Positions 41,585 through 51,529 of a stretch of 64,000 bases of DNA are shown here, in pieces. The notes under the pieces were generated by a model. The model had not been told where the DNA came from. It ran no database searches and saw only the letters and a program-made list of their open reading frames with translations. Position numbers and translations under genes: made by a program. The first letter of the stretch is position 1. Every line of letters starts with the position of its first letter. The stretch is taken from the NCBI GenBank assembly GCA_963771355.1, contig CAVYTA010000006.1:224001-288000 (forward strand), in the 5' to 3' direction. This DNA comes from an uncultured Candidatus Rokubacteria bacterium (GTDB lineage: Bacteria > Methylomirabilota > Methylomirabilia > Rokubacteriales > CSP1-6).

Positions 41585-42835
41585 TCACTTGCGATAGCTG
41601 ATGCGGTAGATGGCGCCGGCGTGGTCGTCGGAGACGAGCAGGGAGCCGTCCTTGAGGACGAGCACGTCCACCGGCCGGCCGAGATAGGCATTGTCCTCCA
41701 CGAGGCCGGTCAGGAAGGGCTCCACGCTCCTGACCGTCCCGTTGTCGTTGAGGAATACCGCCACCACGTCCGCCGCGTACTTCTTGGTGCGGTTCCACGG
41801 CCCGTGGCGCGCGACGAAGATGGCGTTGTGATACTTCTCCGGGAACATCTTGCCGGTGTAGAAGCGCATTCCGAGCGGCGCCGCGTGCGCGCCCAGGAGC
41901 ACGGCGGGCTTCACGTATTCCGCGCAGGACTTGCCCCAGCCGAACTCGGGGTCGGCGAAGTCGCCCTGATGGCAGTAGGGAAAGCCGAAGTGCTGCAGGC
42001 CGGGCTTGCTGAGGCGGTTCAGCTCGTCATTGGGTAGATCCTCCGACAGCCAGTCCCGCTGGTTGTCGGTGAACCAGAGCTCCTTCGTCTTGGGATGGAA
42101 GTCGAACCCCACCGTATTGCGCACGCCGCGCGCCACGACCTCCATGCCAGTGCCGTCGAGATTGATGCGCCGGATCTGCGCGTACTGATCCGACGGCTCG
42201 CAGATATTGCAGGGCGCCCCCACCGGGAGGTAGAGCTTGCCGTCGGGCCCGACCTTGATGAACTTCCAGCCGTGCGGGATGTCGCCGGGGAGCTGGTTGT
42301 AGACCATCACCGGGTCGCGCGGCTTGTCCAGCGTGTCCTCGATATTGTCGTAGCGCGTGATCTCCTTGGGCGTGGCCACGTAGAGCGAGCCCTTGTGGAA
42401 CTCGATGCCGTTGGGCAGCATCAGCTTCTCGGCCAGCGTCTTGACCTCGCGCTTTCCGCCCTTGTCCACGACGGCGTAGATCTTCCCGGCCACGAAGTTG
42501 GAGCTGACGAAGACCGTCCCCTTGTCGCCCTGACGCATCCCCCGGGCGTCGAGGATCTCCGACACCCATATTTCCGCCTTGAAGCCCGGCGGAAGCTTGA
42601 TCTTGCTGATGGGGAGCTTGTCGGCAGGCGTCGGAATGGGGAAGGGAGGCACCGGCGCCATTTGATTGCCGGGACCACCCTTGGGACGCCCGACGGCCCA
42701 GAAGGGCTCTTCTTCCTTGGGCGGCGGCTGCTGGGTGGGCGGTTGCTGCGCGACGGCCGGCCACGGGACGAGCCCGGCACAGGCAGCGGCCAGGGTGAGG
42801 GCCAATCTCCACCGCATCGTCGACGACCAAGTCAT
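41585..42835 (-). CDS. PQQ-dependent sugar dehydrogenase (glucose/sorbosone family)
   Basis: GPDGKLY, GAPCNIC, GVRNTVGFDF, HAAPLGMRFY, GRPVDV. Confidence 0.9.
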   Translation of the reverse strand: MTWSSTMRWRLALTLAAACAGLVPWPAVAQQPPTQQPPPKEEEPFWAVGRPKGGPGNQMAPVPPFPIPTPADKLPISKIKLPPGFKAEIWVSEILDARGMRQGDKGTVFVSSNFVAGKIYAVVDKGGKREVKTLAEKLMLPNGIEFHKGSLYVATPKEITRYDNIEDTLDKPRDPVMVYNQLPGDIPHGWKFIKVGPDGKLYLPVGAPCNICEPSDQYAQIRRINLDGTGMEVVARGVRNTVGFDFHPKTKELWFTDNQRDWLSEDLPNDELNRLSKPGLQHFGFPYCHQGDFADPEFGWGKSCAEYVKPAVLLGAHAAPLGMRFYTGKMFPEKYHNAIFVARHGPWNRTKKYAADVVAVFLNDNGTVRSVEPFLTGLVEDNAYLGRPVDVLVLKDGSLLVSDDHAGAIYRISYRK

Positions 42836-42933
42836 GGCGGGCCTCCCGGTCAGCGAGCGTGATGAGTCTGGGCTGATCTGCCGCGGAGACTCTATCGCGC
42901 CCGCCGCCGGGACGCAAAGGAGAAGCTAGCGAG

Positions 42934-43332
42934 CTACACGTGATGCGTGTGGTGAACCTCCTCCGTCCGGCGGCTCATCGCCACCAGGCCGACCACGATC
43001 ACGATGAAGAGGACGGCGCCGATGGCGAGCGCGACCGTCGGATCCATTCCCAGGAAGCTCCCGCCGGGCCGCTCCACTACGCGCTCGGTGCGCTCCGTCC
43101 GGCTCTCGATCTGCACGTTGGACGACGGCACCTGCGGCGTCTGTACCTGACCCGAGGGCTGCTGCTGCTGCGCGGGAGGCGTCGAGCCGCTGTCAGACGG
43201 CGCCGCGGGCTTCGACTCCGTCTGCGCCGGAGGCGCGGGTGCAGGCGGCTGCTGCGCGCTCACGTCGAGGGCGAGGCCGCCGACCAGTAGAAGGGCTAGC
43301 ATCGATCCCATTATCCAGCTCATGCGCTTCAT
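42934..43332 (-). CDS. Small hypothetical membrane-anchored protein
   Basis: N-terminal signal, Pro/Gln-rich linker, C-terminal TM helix, His-rich tail; GGAG RBS. Confidence 0.6.
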   Translation of the reverse strand: MKRMSWIMGSMLALLLVGGLALDVSAQQPPAPAPPAQTESKPAAPSDSGSTPPAQQQQPSGQVQTPQVPSSNVQIESRTERTERVVERPGGSFLGMDPTVALAIGAVLFIVIVVGLVAMSRRTEEVHHTHHV

Positions 43333-43542
43333 AGGTTCGCTCCTCCATGTCGAGGCTCGGCCAGTCGAGGCTCGGCTCGACTTCAAGATAGTTGCAATTG
43401 TAGAGGTAGCAACGGAGATGCCACGGCGTTCAATCGAAAGATCAGGCACTTGCAGAGAGGGGTACTTCATCTCTCCCAGGTCAGGGTTACCGCGTGGGCA
43501 GACTGTGTTTTATAGTATGGACACTCATAGAGCCTCTCGGTC

Positions 43543-44391
43543 ATGACCCACTCCATCGCTACTCCGATCTCCGCGCGACGGACGCGTGCGCGTACGCGTC
43601 CCGCTCGCGCCGTCCGCGCCCGGCGCCGATCGCGCCGTCGCGTGCTCCTCTTGCTGCTGGCGGCGCCGCTGGTGCTCCGGATCGTGGTGGGCGCGATACT
43701 CGTGCTGGCGATCTGGGTGGCGGTGAACTGGGTGTACCAGGTGATCCGCAAGCCGTCGGAGCTGTTCTTTCCCGTGGACCGCGTGCTGGCCAAGGCGCCC
43801 GCCGAGACGTGGCGGCGGTACGGTCCGCTCTTCCGCGAGCATTCGACCTCCGTCATCAGCGCCGAGCTGCTGGGCGCACTGGCGCAGGTCGAGAGCGCCG
43901 GCGACCCGCTGGCACGGACTTACTGGCGCTGGCAGCTGAGCTGGAATCCGTTCGCGCTCTACCAGCCGGCCTCCAGCGCGGTCGGCATGTTCCAGCTCAC
44001 GGACGCGACCTTCAACGAGGCGCGGCGCTTCTGCATACACGGCCACGTGGTGGTGGAGGACGGCCCGTGGCACGATCTCCACTCGTGCTGGTTCAACCGC
44101 TTCTACACCCGCGTGGTGCCGAGCCACGCCGTCGAGCTCACCGCCGCGCTGCTGGACCGTCAGGTGGCGCGCGTGCTCGCCCGCCACCGGCTCAGCGCGG
44201 CGACGCTCAAGCAGAAGCAGGACCTGGCCGCCCTCATCCATCTGTGTGGCGCGGGCGCGGGCGACGCCTTCGCCCGGCGAGGCCTCCGGCTGACGCCGGG
44301 CCAGCGGTGCGGCGACCACGACGTGCGACGCTACCTGGGCCAGGTCAACGCATTGAAGCGCCAGTTCGCCAACATGACGGCACCCGCATGA
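43543..44391 (+). CDS. Lytic transglycosylase (SLT-like) membrane protein
   Basis: N-terminal TM helix; AQVES catalytic Glu motif; SSAVGMFQ. Confidence 0.75.
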   Translation: MTHSIATPISARRTRARTRPARAVRARRRSRRRVLLLLLAAPLVLRIVVGAILVLAIWVAVNWVYQVIRKPSELFFPVDRVLAKAPAETWRRYGPLFREHSTSVISAELLGALAQVESAGDPLARTYWRWQLSWNPFALYQPASSAVGMFQLTDATFNEARRFCIHGHVVVEDGPWHDLHSCWFNRFYTRVVPSHAVELTAALLDRQVARVLARHRLSAATLKQKQDLAALIHLCGAGAGDAFARRGLRLTPGQRCGDHDVRRYLGQVNALKRQFANMTAPA

Positions 44392-46139
44392 CCGCGAGGA
44401 CTCCCATGCGCAAGACGATCACCGGCACCGGCGGAATGCTCCTCCTCCAGACCCTGAAGGACGCGGGGGTGGAGTATCTCTTCACCAACCCGGGCTCCGC
44501 CGAGACGGGGATCTTCGCCGCCATCGCCGAGGACGGTGACCAGCGGCTGGTGATGGGCAAGCACGAGGGGCTGGTGGCGGCCATGGCCGACGGCTATCAC
44601 CGGCTCAGCGGCAAGGTAGGCGTGGTCATCGCGCACGTGATGGGCGGCTCGTACCAGCTCGCCGGGCAGCTCTTCAATGCCCAGGTGGCCGGCTCCTCGC
44701 TCCTGGTCATCGCCGGCGACTGGGCCTCCGAGCTCCAGGACTATCGCGGGCTCGCGCCCTTTCCGGGGCTGAGCCAGGCGGAGTCCATGCGGCCGATCAC
44801 CAAGGAAGCGCGCGCGTCCTATCAAGTGCACGCGAACCCGGCCGCGATCACGGTGGCGACCATCCGCGCGCTGCGCGAGGCGACCACGCCGCCCACCGGG
44901 CCCGTCTACCTGTCCATCAGCGCGGAGCTCCTCCTCCGTGAGGGGCTGGAGGCCCAGATCGGGGAGGGGGCCGGGTATCAGATCGAGCGACCCGCGGCCG
45001 CGCGCCCGCAGACCGTCGAGGCAATCGCGCGCCGCCTCGCCGAGGCGCAGTGCCCGGTGCTCATGTTCGGCGACGACGTCACGCGCGAGGGGGCGCAGGC
45101 GGAGGCGGTCCGGCTCGCGGAGGCGCTCGAGGCGCCGGTCTTCGCCAGCCGGCAGATCTTCGCCAACTTCCCCACGCGGCATCCGCTCTACTGCGGCATG
45201 TATCCCGTCTCCAAGGACTTCGAGAAGGTCACGAGGCTCAAGCCCGATCTCCTGTTTCTGGTGGGTTGCCAGGGCGTGCACGGCGCCGTCAGCGAGCCGG
45301 CGGTGATGCAGATCGGGCCGAATCCCCTGTTGATGGGCCGGCACTATCCGCTGGACCTCGCGGCGCAGTGCGAGCTGCGCGACACGCTCCGGCATCTCGG
45401 CGACGCGGTGACCCGGCTGGCCGGCGGGGACAAGGCGGCGGGCTGGGCCCGGCCGCGCGCCACGGTGCGGGCCTACGCCAAGCTCCTCATCGAGCGCGAG
45501 GAGACGCTCGCGCGCGAGCACCAGCACGACTCGCCGGTGCATCCGGCGGTGCTGGGCGCCCACCTCGCGGAGATCCTCCCGCGCGAGACGGTGATGGTGC
45601 AGGAGAGCTCGACCGCGCGCACGGGGCTGGTGCCCTTCGGCCACGGCGGCCTCGCCTGGACGCGGAGCGGCGGCGGCTCGCTCGGCTGGGGCGTGGGGGC
45701 GGCCATCGGCGCCAAGCTCGCGGTGGGCCGCGACCGGCCGGTGGTGCTCAATCTGGGCGACGGCGCGCTGACCTATAGCGCGGTGGGCTTCTGGACCATG
45801 GCGCGGTACAACACCGCGGTGCTCACCGTCGTCTCCAACAACGAGAGCTATCAGATCGTGCGCCACAACTGGGCGCGCGAGGTGCCGGACAGCAAGATGA
45901 TCCAGGAGGGGAAGTACCCCGGGCTCTTCCTCGGCGCGCCCGCCACGGACTACGTGGCGCTGGCCCGCGCGCAGGGGGTGGAGGGGGAGTGCGTGACCAC
46001 GGTGAAGGAGCTGGAGCCCGCGCTCCGCCGGGGGATGGAGCGGATCACGCGCGACAACCGCCCCTACCTGGTCGAGGTCGCGGTGGCCCGGGAAGGTATC
46101 GGCGCGGACTCGACCTGGTACCAGGACTGGCGCCTCTAG
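44388..46139 (+). CDS. Thiamine-diphosphate enzyme (benzoylformate decarboxylase-like)
   Basis: FTNPGSAE, HEGLVAAMADGY, GGSLGWG, GDGA...SNNESY. Confidence 0.9.
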   Translation: MTARTPMRKTITGTGGMLLLQTLKDAGVEYLFTNPGSAETGIFAAIAEDGDQRLVMGKHEGLVAAMADGYHRLSGKVGVVIAHVMGGSYQLAGQLFNAQVAGSSLLVIAGDWASELQDYRGLAPFPGLSQAESMRPITKEARASYQVHANPAAITVATIRALREATTPPTGPVYLSISAELLLREGLEAQIGEGAGYQIERPAAARPQTVEAIARRLAEAQCPVLMFGDDVTREGAQAEAVRLAEALEAPVFASRQIFANFPTRHPLYCGMYPVSKDFEKVTRLKPDLLFLVGCQGVHGAVSEPAVMQIGPNPLLMGRHYPLDLAAQCELRDTLRHLGDAVTRLAGGDKAAGWARPRATVRAYAKLLIEREETLAREHQHDSPVHPAVLGAHLAEILPRETVMVQESSTARTGLVPFGHGGLAWTRSGGGSLGWGVGAAIGAKLAVGRDRPVVLNLGDGALTYSAVGFWTMARYNTAVLTVVSNNESYQIVRHNWAREVPDSKMIQEGKYPGLFLGAPATDYVALARAQGVEGECVTTVKELEPALRRGMERITRDNRPYLVEVAVAREGIGADSTWYQDWRL

Positions 46140-46150
46140 GCCGCGCGTAG

Positions 46151-47002
46151 GTGGTATTGCTCGCGGCGAAGATCGTCTGCTCGGCGGGCTTCGTGCTGGC
46201 GATCACGGCGGCCATCGAGCGCCTGGGGCCGCGGCTGGGCACCCTCATCGCGATGGTGCCGCAGCTCGCGGTGCTCTCGCTGGTCTTCTTCGCCATCGAG
46301 CAGGGGTACGCCTTCGCCGCGGAGACGGCGTTCTGGAATATCCCCGGCATGTGCGCGACGGTGCCGGTCTTCGTCGGCTATCTGGTGGCGAGCCGGCTCG
46401 TGCCCGCCCCGCGCTGGGCCTCCATCACCGCCGGCGTGGCGTTCGGTACCGTCTGTTTCGTGATCCCCGCGTATCTGCTCAGCGTGATCGCGATGCCGCG
46501 CTGGGCGGTGGTGCCCCTCGCCGTCGCGGTGTGCTTCGGGACGGGGTGGATCGTGCGGCGCCTGCCGGACACCGTCCCCCTGCGGCGGGTGGCCACCGGT
46601 CCGCTGCTCCTCGCCATTCGAGCCAGCACCTCGGTGCTGACCGTGCTGGCGGTGACCGCGCTCGCCCAGCTCCTGGGTCCCAAGTGGTCCGGGCTCGTGG
46701 TCGGCTTCCCCGTCAACAGCCTGCCGGTGATGGTGATCCTGCACGTCCACTACGGCCGGGACGTGGTGAAGCCCTTCATCAAGACGTTTCCCGCGGGCGC
46801 CTTCGGGATCTGCCTCTTCGACCTGGTGGCCTGGCTCTGGCTCGAGCGGATCGGGCTCACGCTCACCGTCGTCCTCGGCTATGCGGTCGCCGTCGCCTAT
46901 CTCACCGTGGTGGGCTGGCTCCGCTACGCGGGAAGCTTGTCGCCGTCGGGGGGCGCGGGCACCTCGAACGCGTTGACCATGCCCGAGAGGAGCGCGAAGT
47001 AG
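46151..47002 (+). CDS. Hypothetical integral membrane protein with internal duplication
   Basis: Many hydrophobic helices; repeated LGPR/LGPK...P motif. Confidence 0.7.
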   Translation: MVLLAAKIVCSAGFVLAITAAIERLGPRLGTLIAMVPQLAVLSLVFFAIEQGYAFAAETAFWNIPGMCATVPVFVGYLVASRLVPAPRWASITAGVAFGTVCFVIPAYLLSVIAMPRWAVVPLAVAVCFGTGWIVRRLPDTVPLRRVATGPLLLAIRASTSVLTVLAVTALAQLLGPKWSGLVVGFPVNSLPVMVILHVHYGRDVVKPFIKTFPAGAFGICLFDLVAWLWLERIGLTLTVVLGYAVAVAYLTVVGWLRYAGSLSPSGGAGTSNALTMPERSAK

Positions 47003-47472
47003 TTCGCGGCGGCAGTCAGCTCGACCAGCCACGTGGTCCCGTAGCGCTTCTGGAGCGCGTCGAAGGCCGCCTGGTCCACGCGGTTGGTCCGCATGAGCTG
47101 GCGCGTATAGGCCACGATCTCCCGTTCTTCCGCCGGCAGGCTCGCCGGGTCGCCCTTGGCGCGGATGAGGTCGATGGCCTCTTCCCGCACCCCGGCGCGC
47201 CGCGCGGCGCCCACCTGGGCCGCCCACACATAGGCCGCCTCGCGCTCGCGCACGGCGGTGAGGATGGCGAGCGAGCGGAGCCGGCCCTCCACCACGCTCT
47301 CGTCGCGGTAGAACTTGACGAAGCTCAGCACCCGCTCCGCGAGCTTGGGGCTGTGAAGCAAGATGCTGAAGGGCCCGCGGACATTGCCGAACATCTCCAC
47401 CACGCCGTCCACCACGGGGGCGTGCTCGGGAGAAACATCCGACTTTCCGGTGATGGGGGCGACTCGGGGCAT
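46924..47472 (-). CDS. Carboxymuconolactone decarboxylase/AhpD-fold protein without Cys
   Basis: GPFSILLHSP, LAILTAVRERE AAYVW, ELTAAANYF. Confidence 0.82.
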   Translation of the reverse strand: MPRVAPITGKSDVSPEHAPVVDGVVEMFGNVRGPFSILLHSPKLAERVLSFVKFYRDESVVEGRLRSLAILTAVREREAAYVWAAQVGAARRAGVREEAIDLIRAKGDPASLPAEEREIVAYTRQLMRTNRVDQAAFDALQKRYGTTWLVELTAAANYFALLSGMVNAFEVPAPPDGDKLPA

Positions 47473-47519
47473 GGGTATACTCCTCTCGCGGCACACTCTA
47501 GCAAAAATCGGAGGTCACC

Positions 47520-48548
47520 ATGCGCTATCGCCCGTTCGGCCGGACTGGATTGCAGGTGTCGGTGGTGGGCTTCGGCTGCTGGCCGATGGCGGGCGACCGC
47601 TACGGGGCGATCGAGGACGGCGAGGCGGTCAAGGCCATCCATCGCGCCCTGGACCGGGGCGTGAACTGCGTGGATACGGCGCCGGCCTATGGCGCCGGGC
47701 ACTCGGAGGAGGTCGTCGCGAGCGCGCTCGAGGGGCACCGCAAGGACGTCATCCTCGTCACCAAGTGCGGGGTGAAAGTCCCGCCGCCCGGGCAGCTCGG
47801 GCCGCTGCGCGACGCGAGCCGATCGAACATCCTCCAGGAGATCGACGCGAGCTTGAAGCGCCTCCGCACCGACTGGGTGGACGTGCTCCTCATCCACTGG
47901 CCGGATTCGGCCACCCCGTTCCAGGAGAGCATGCGCGCCCTGGAAGAAGTGGTGGTCTCCGGGCGCGCCCGCTTCGTCGGCGTCTCGAACTTCACCAGCG
48001 CGATGCTGTCGGAGTGCCTGGGTACCCGGCGCGTGGACGTCTCCCAGGTGGGCTACCACATGCTGGACCGGCGCCAGGAACGGGAGACCTTTCCCTTCTG
48101 CCTGGCGAACGGCATCGGCGTGATGGGCTACGGCTCGCTGGGCCACGGGCTCCTCACCGGAGCCTTCACCGCCGCCACCACCTTCGAGGCCGGTCGGGAC
48201 TGGCGCGCGGGCGGGGTCGCCTTCGGCCAGCCGCTGTTCCGCGAGGCCAACCTCAAGACGAATGTCGGCGTGGTGGAGCGGCTGCGCCGCGAGATCGCGG
48301 AGCCCCGCGGGGTCTCCCTGAGCCAGCTCGCGCTGGCCTGGGTGCTCGGCCATCCGGCGATCAGCACCGCGCTGGTCGGCGCGCGCACGCCCGCGGAAGT
48401 GGACGCCAACGACGCCGGCGCGGAGATCGATCTGTCCGCCGAGGAGCGGGCGCGGATCGACGCCATCGTCGCGGGGGCGGCCGGCCGGGTGCGCGAGTTC
48501 ACCCCGCTCCGGCCGGCCATGGAAGCCTGGGGCGAGGAGATCCGCTGA
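47520..48548 (+). CDS. Aldo/keto reductase
   Basis: DTAPAYGAGHSE, SLKRLRTDWVD, HWPD, GVSNF. Confidence 0.93.
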   Translation: MRYRPFGRTGLQVSVVGFGCWPMAGDRYGAIEDGEAVKAIHRALDRGVNCVDTAPAYGAGHSEEVVASALEGHRKDVILVTKCGVKVPPPGQLGPLRDASRSNILQEIDASLKRLRTDWVDVLLIHWPDSATPFQESMRALEEVVVSGRARFVGVSNFTSAMLSECLGTRRVDVSQVGYHMLDRRQERETFPFCLANGIGVMGYGSLGHGLLTGAFTAATTFEAGRDWRAGGVAFGQPLFREANLKTNVGVVERLRREIAEPRGVSLSQLALAWVLGHPAISTALVGARTPAEVDANDAGAEIDLSAEERARIDAIVAGAAGRVREFTPLRPAMEAWGEEIR

Positions 48549-48552
48549 GCCG

Positions 48553-50172
48553 CTACTTGGCCTCCTCCAGCCAGACCACCTCGAGCTGGGCGCCCTTGTC
48601 GAAGGAGTTCTTCATGCCGAAGTTTTTCACTCGCGCGCTCCACGACGACACCTGCTTGGGATACGGCGTGTAGACGTAGTACACCTGGTCGGCGGTGTAG
48701 CGCTGGATGTCGTCGATCACCTTCTTGCGCGGCGAGCGGACGGTGTAGCGGCGCTGGGCGTCCAGCATCACGTCGAGCTGGGTGTCGCTGACGTGACTGC
48801 GGTTGTCGGGCTCGCCGGTGCGGAAGAAGTTGTAGAGGTAGGCGTCCACCTCGGTGAAAAGCGAGGACGGTCCCCAGCTCGCCTCGTCGAACTTGCCGAG
48901 GAACGAGCCCCGGAGGTAGTTGCCGTACTCCTCGTTCACGATCTGAAGCTCCACGCCGATGGCCTTGAGGTAGAAGGCGAGGAGCTCTAGCTCCTCCACG
49001 TACTCGGGGCCATAGCCCGGCCAGTGCGTGCACTTCACCTTCAGGCCGTTGGGGAAGCCGGCCTCGGCCAGGAGCTTCTTGGCCAGGGCAGGGTTGTACT
49101 CGAGCCACCGCGCCCCGGGCCCCACCTGCTTGCCGGAGAGCTTCCACTCGCGCATCGGCGCGGGGATGGGGCCGTGGTCCTCGTAACCGTGACCCTCGAG
49201 GAACTGGGCCACCCATTTCTTGCGGTCCACCGCGAGGGAGAAGGCCCGGCGGACCCGCACGTCGTTGAACGGCGCCTTGTCGGTGCGGAAGGCGAGGGTG
49301 CGGACCGCGAGCCAGTCCCAGAACCGGATGGGATTGGCGCGGTTCGACTTCTGGAAGGCCGCCACCTCCGAGCGCGGGATGCGCCCGTCGTAGTAGGGGA
49401 TCTCGATTTGGCCCGCGCGAAAGAGCGAGAGCTGGGTGGCCCGGTCCTTGAGGAACAGCCACTCCACCCGGTCGAGGTAGGGCAGGCCCTTCTCGTAGTA
49501 GTCGGGGTTGCGCACGAAGGTGGCCTTCACGCCGGGCTCGTACCTGTCGAGCACGAAGGGCCCGCAGCCGATGAGCGACTCCGCCGTCTTGAAATCGCCC
49601 ATCTTCTCCTCGACCTCGCGGGGGAGGATGGCGTTCCAGGGCTCGGCGAGGTTGTGCAGGAAGGGCGCGTAGGCGTCGGCGAGGTGCACGCGCACGGTGT
49701 GGCTGTCCGGCGTCTCCACGCCCTCGATCTTGCCCAGCAGGTTGGCGTAGGCGGACTTCTTCAGCGCCCGCTCCCAGGTGTATTTCACGTCGGCGGCCAC
49801 CAGCTCGCGCCCGCTCACGGGCGCGCGCTTCTCCCAGCGGATCCCGCGCCGCAGGGTGATGGTGTAGGTCCGCCCGTCCTTGGACACCTCCGCCCTCTGG
49901 GCGATGTCGGGGGCGAGGGTGAAGTCGGAGGGCCCGTACTTGCTCCCGTTCACGTACTTGAACAGGGTGCGATGCACGAAGGACGAGATGAGCTGGGTCG
50001 GGAACGACACCGAGGCGTGGATGTCGAACGTGGGCGGCTCGAAGCCGACCTGGCGCAGCGTCCCGCCCCGTCTGGGCTGGGGGCCCTGGGCCCATGCGGG
50101 CGTCGCCGCCAGCGTGGCCGCCGCCGCGCTCGCCCGGATGAAGTCACGCCGCCGCATCGTTGCGTTCGCCAT
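48553..50172 (-). CDS. ABC transporter solute-binding protein, family 5, Tat signal
   Basis: RRRDFI, GGTLR, GCGPF, PFNDVRVRRA. Confidence 0.9.
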   Translation of the reverse strand: MANATMRRRDFIRASAAAATLAATPAWAQGPQPRRGGTLRQVGFEPPTFDIHASVSFPTQLISSFVHRTLFKYVNGSKYGPSDFTLAPDIAQRAEVSKDGRTYTITLRRGIRWEKRAPVSGRELVAADVKYTWERALKKSAYANLLGKIEGVETPDSHTVRVHLADAYAPFLHNLAEPWNAILPREVEEKMGDFKTAESLIGCGPFVLDRYEPGVKATFVRNPDYYEKGLPYLDRVEWLFLKDRATQLSLFRAGQIEIPYYDGRIPRSEVAAFQKSNRANPIRFWDWLAVRTLAFRTDKAPFNDVRVRRAFSLAVDRKKWVAQFLEGHGYEDHGPIPAPMREWKLSGKQVGPGARWLEYNPALAKKLLAEAGFPNGLKVKCTHWPGYGPEYVEELELLAFYLKAIGVELQIVNEEYGNYLRGSFLGKFDEASWGPSSLFTEVDAYLYNFFRTGEPDNRSHVSDTQLDVMLDAQRRYTVRSPRKKVIDDIQRYTADQVYYVYTPYPKQVSSWSARVKNFGMKNSFDKGAQLEVVWLEEAK

Positions 50173-50216
50173 CGGTCGCGGGGCGTAGTGTACGATACCC
50201 GGAGGAGGAGACAGCC

Positions 50217-50735
50217 ATGGCCAGGATGGAGCCGCTGGGGATCCACGAGGTCGATGACGAGATCCGCCACTTCTGCGAGGACGCCGAGCGCCAGACCGGT
50301 ACCTCCGCGAGCACCCGGACCTACGCGCGGAATCCCGCCGTGTTCAAGGCGCTCACCGCCTTTCGCGGCGCCCTGGTGCGCGAGGGCACGCTGGATCCCG
50401 TGCTCCGCGAGCTGGTGCGGATCAAGATCGCCGGACTGAACGCCTGCCGCTACTGACTCACCCTGCGCTATGCCGGGGCCCGGCATGCGGGGGCGACCGA
50501 AGCGAAGATCGCCGCGATCAACGACGAGACCTCCGACCTCCTGACCCCGCGCGAGCGGGCGGCCGTCCGCTTCGCCGAGAAGCTCGCGGTGGACCACCAG
50601 AAAGTGGACGACGCGCTCTGGGCGGAGATGCGCCAGCAGTTCACGGAAGCCGAGATCATCGAGCTGGTGGCCCACACCACGCTCTTCATCGGCTTCGGGC
50701 GCTTCAACGAGATCGTGGGGCTGGACCCGGCCTGA
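50217..50735 (+). CDS. AhpD/CMD-family peroxidase-like protein; predicted selenoprotein (TGA=Sec at 50454-50456, U80 of 172 aa)
   Basis: GGAGGAGG RBS; LRELVRIKIAGLNACRY-TGA-LTLRYAGAR...LTPRERAAVRFAEKLA...FTEAEIIELV...GFGRFN; CxxC becomes CxxU; hairpin follows. Confidence 0.9.
50461..50492 (+). promoter_or_regulatory. Candidate bacterial SECIS element (AhpD-like)
   Basis: Upper stem ATGCCG(G)/(C)CGGCAT with G-rich apex at about +20 to +24; lower stem CCCTGC/GCGGGG with a GCT bulge. Confidence 0.72.
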
Positions 50736-50737
50736 CC

Positions 50738-51496
50738 CTACTGGGCGAGCGCGCCCCCGTCGATGAGCAGCTCGGCGCCGGAGATGTAGGAGGCATCGTC
50801 GGAGGCGAGATAGAGGACCGCGCTGACGATCTCGGCCACTGTGCCCATGCGGCCCATCGGGATGCGCTGGAGCCGGCGCTCCATGGCCTCGCGGTCGCGG
50901 AAGGCGCTGTGGAACATCTCCGTGTCCACCGGTCCCGGATGCACCGAGTTGCAGCGGATCTTGTCCTTGGCGTGCTGGGCCGCCGTCACCTTGGTGAAGA
51001 TGCGGACGGCGCCCTTGCTGGCGGCGTACGCGGGCTCCTGGTGCAGCGACTGCCCCATGCCCGCGATCGACGAGATGTTCACGATGGAGCCGCCGCCGGC
51101 CCGGCGCATGGCGGGGATGGCGTGCTTGGTGCCGAGGAACACGCCCTTGGCGTTCACCGCCATCACCTGATCCCACTCGGCGGCGGTGCGCTCCTCGATG
51201 GGCACGCGCGGGATGACGATGGCGGCGTTGTTGATGAGGATATTCAGCCGTCCGTAGAGGACGATGGCCGCCTGGACGGCCTTCTGCCAGTCCGCCTCCT
51301 GGGTGACGTCGAGGTGCACATAAGTGGCGTCCCCTCCGGCCTTGCGAATGGCCGTCTCCACCTCCTGTCCCTCGGCGTCCCGGATATCGCCAAAGACCAC
51401 CTTGGCGCCTTCGCGCGCGAAGGTCTCGGCCTCCGCCGCGCCCTGACCTCGCGCGCCCCCGCTGATCAGCGCGACCTTCCCGTCCAGCTTTCCCAT
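50738..51496 (-). CDS. SDR family oxidoreductase
   Basis: SGGARGQG, NNAA, YAASK, HPGPVDT. Confidence 0.92.
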   Translation of the reverse strand: MGKLDGKVALISGGARGQGAAEAETFAREGAKVVFGDIRDAEGQEVETAIRKAGGDATYVHLDVTQEADWQKAVQAAIVLYGRLNILINNAAIVIPRVPIEERTAAEWDQVMAVNAKGVFLGTKHAIPAMRRAGGGSIVNISSIAGMGQSLHQEPAYAASKGAVRIFTKVTAAQHAKDKIRCNSVHPGPVDTEMFHSAFRDREAMERRLQRIPMGRMGTVAEIVSAVLYLASDDASYISGAELLIDGGALAQ

Positions 51497-51529
51497 GGTG
51501 TTTGTATGATAGTCCAGGAGACCTCGCCC

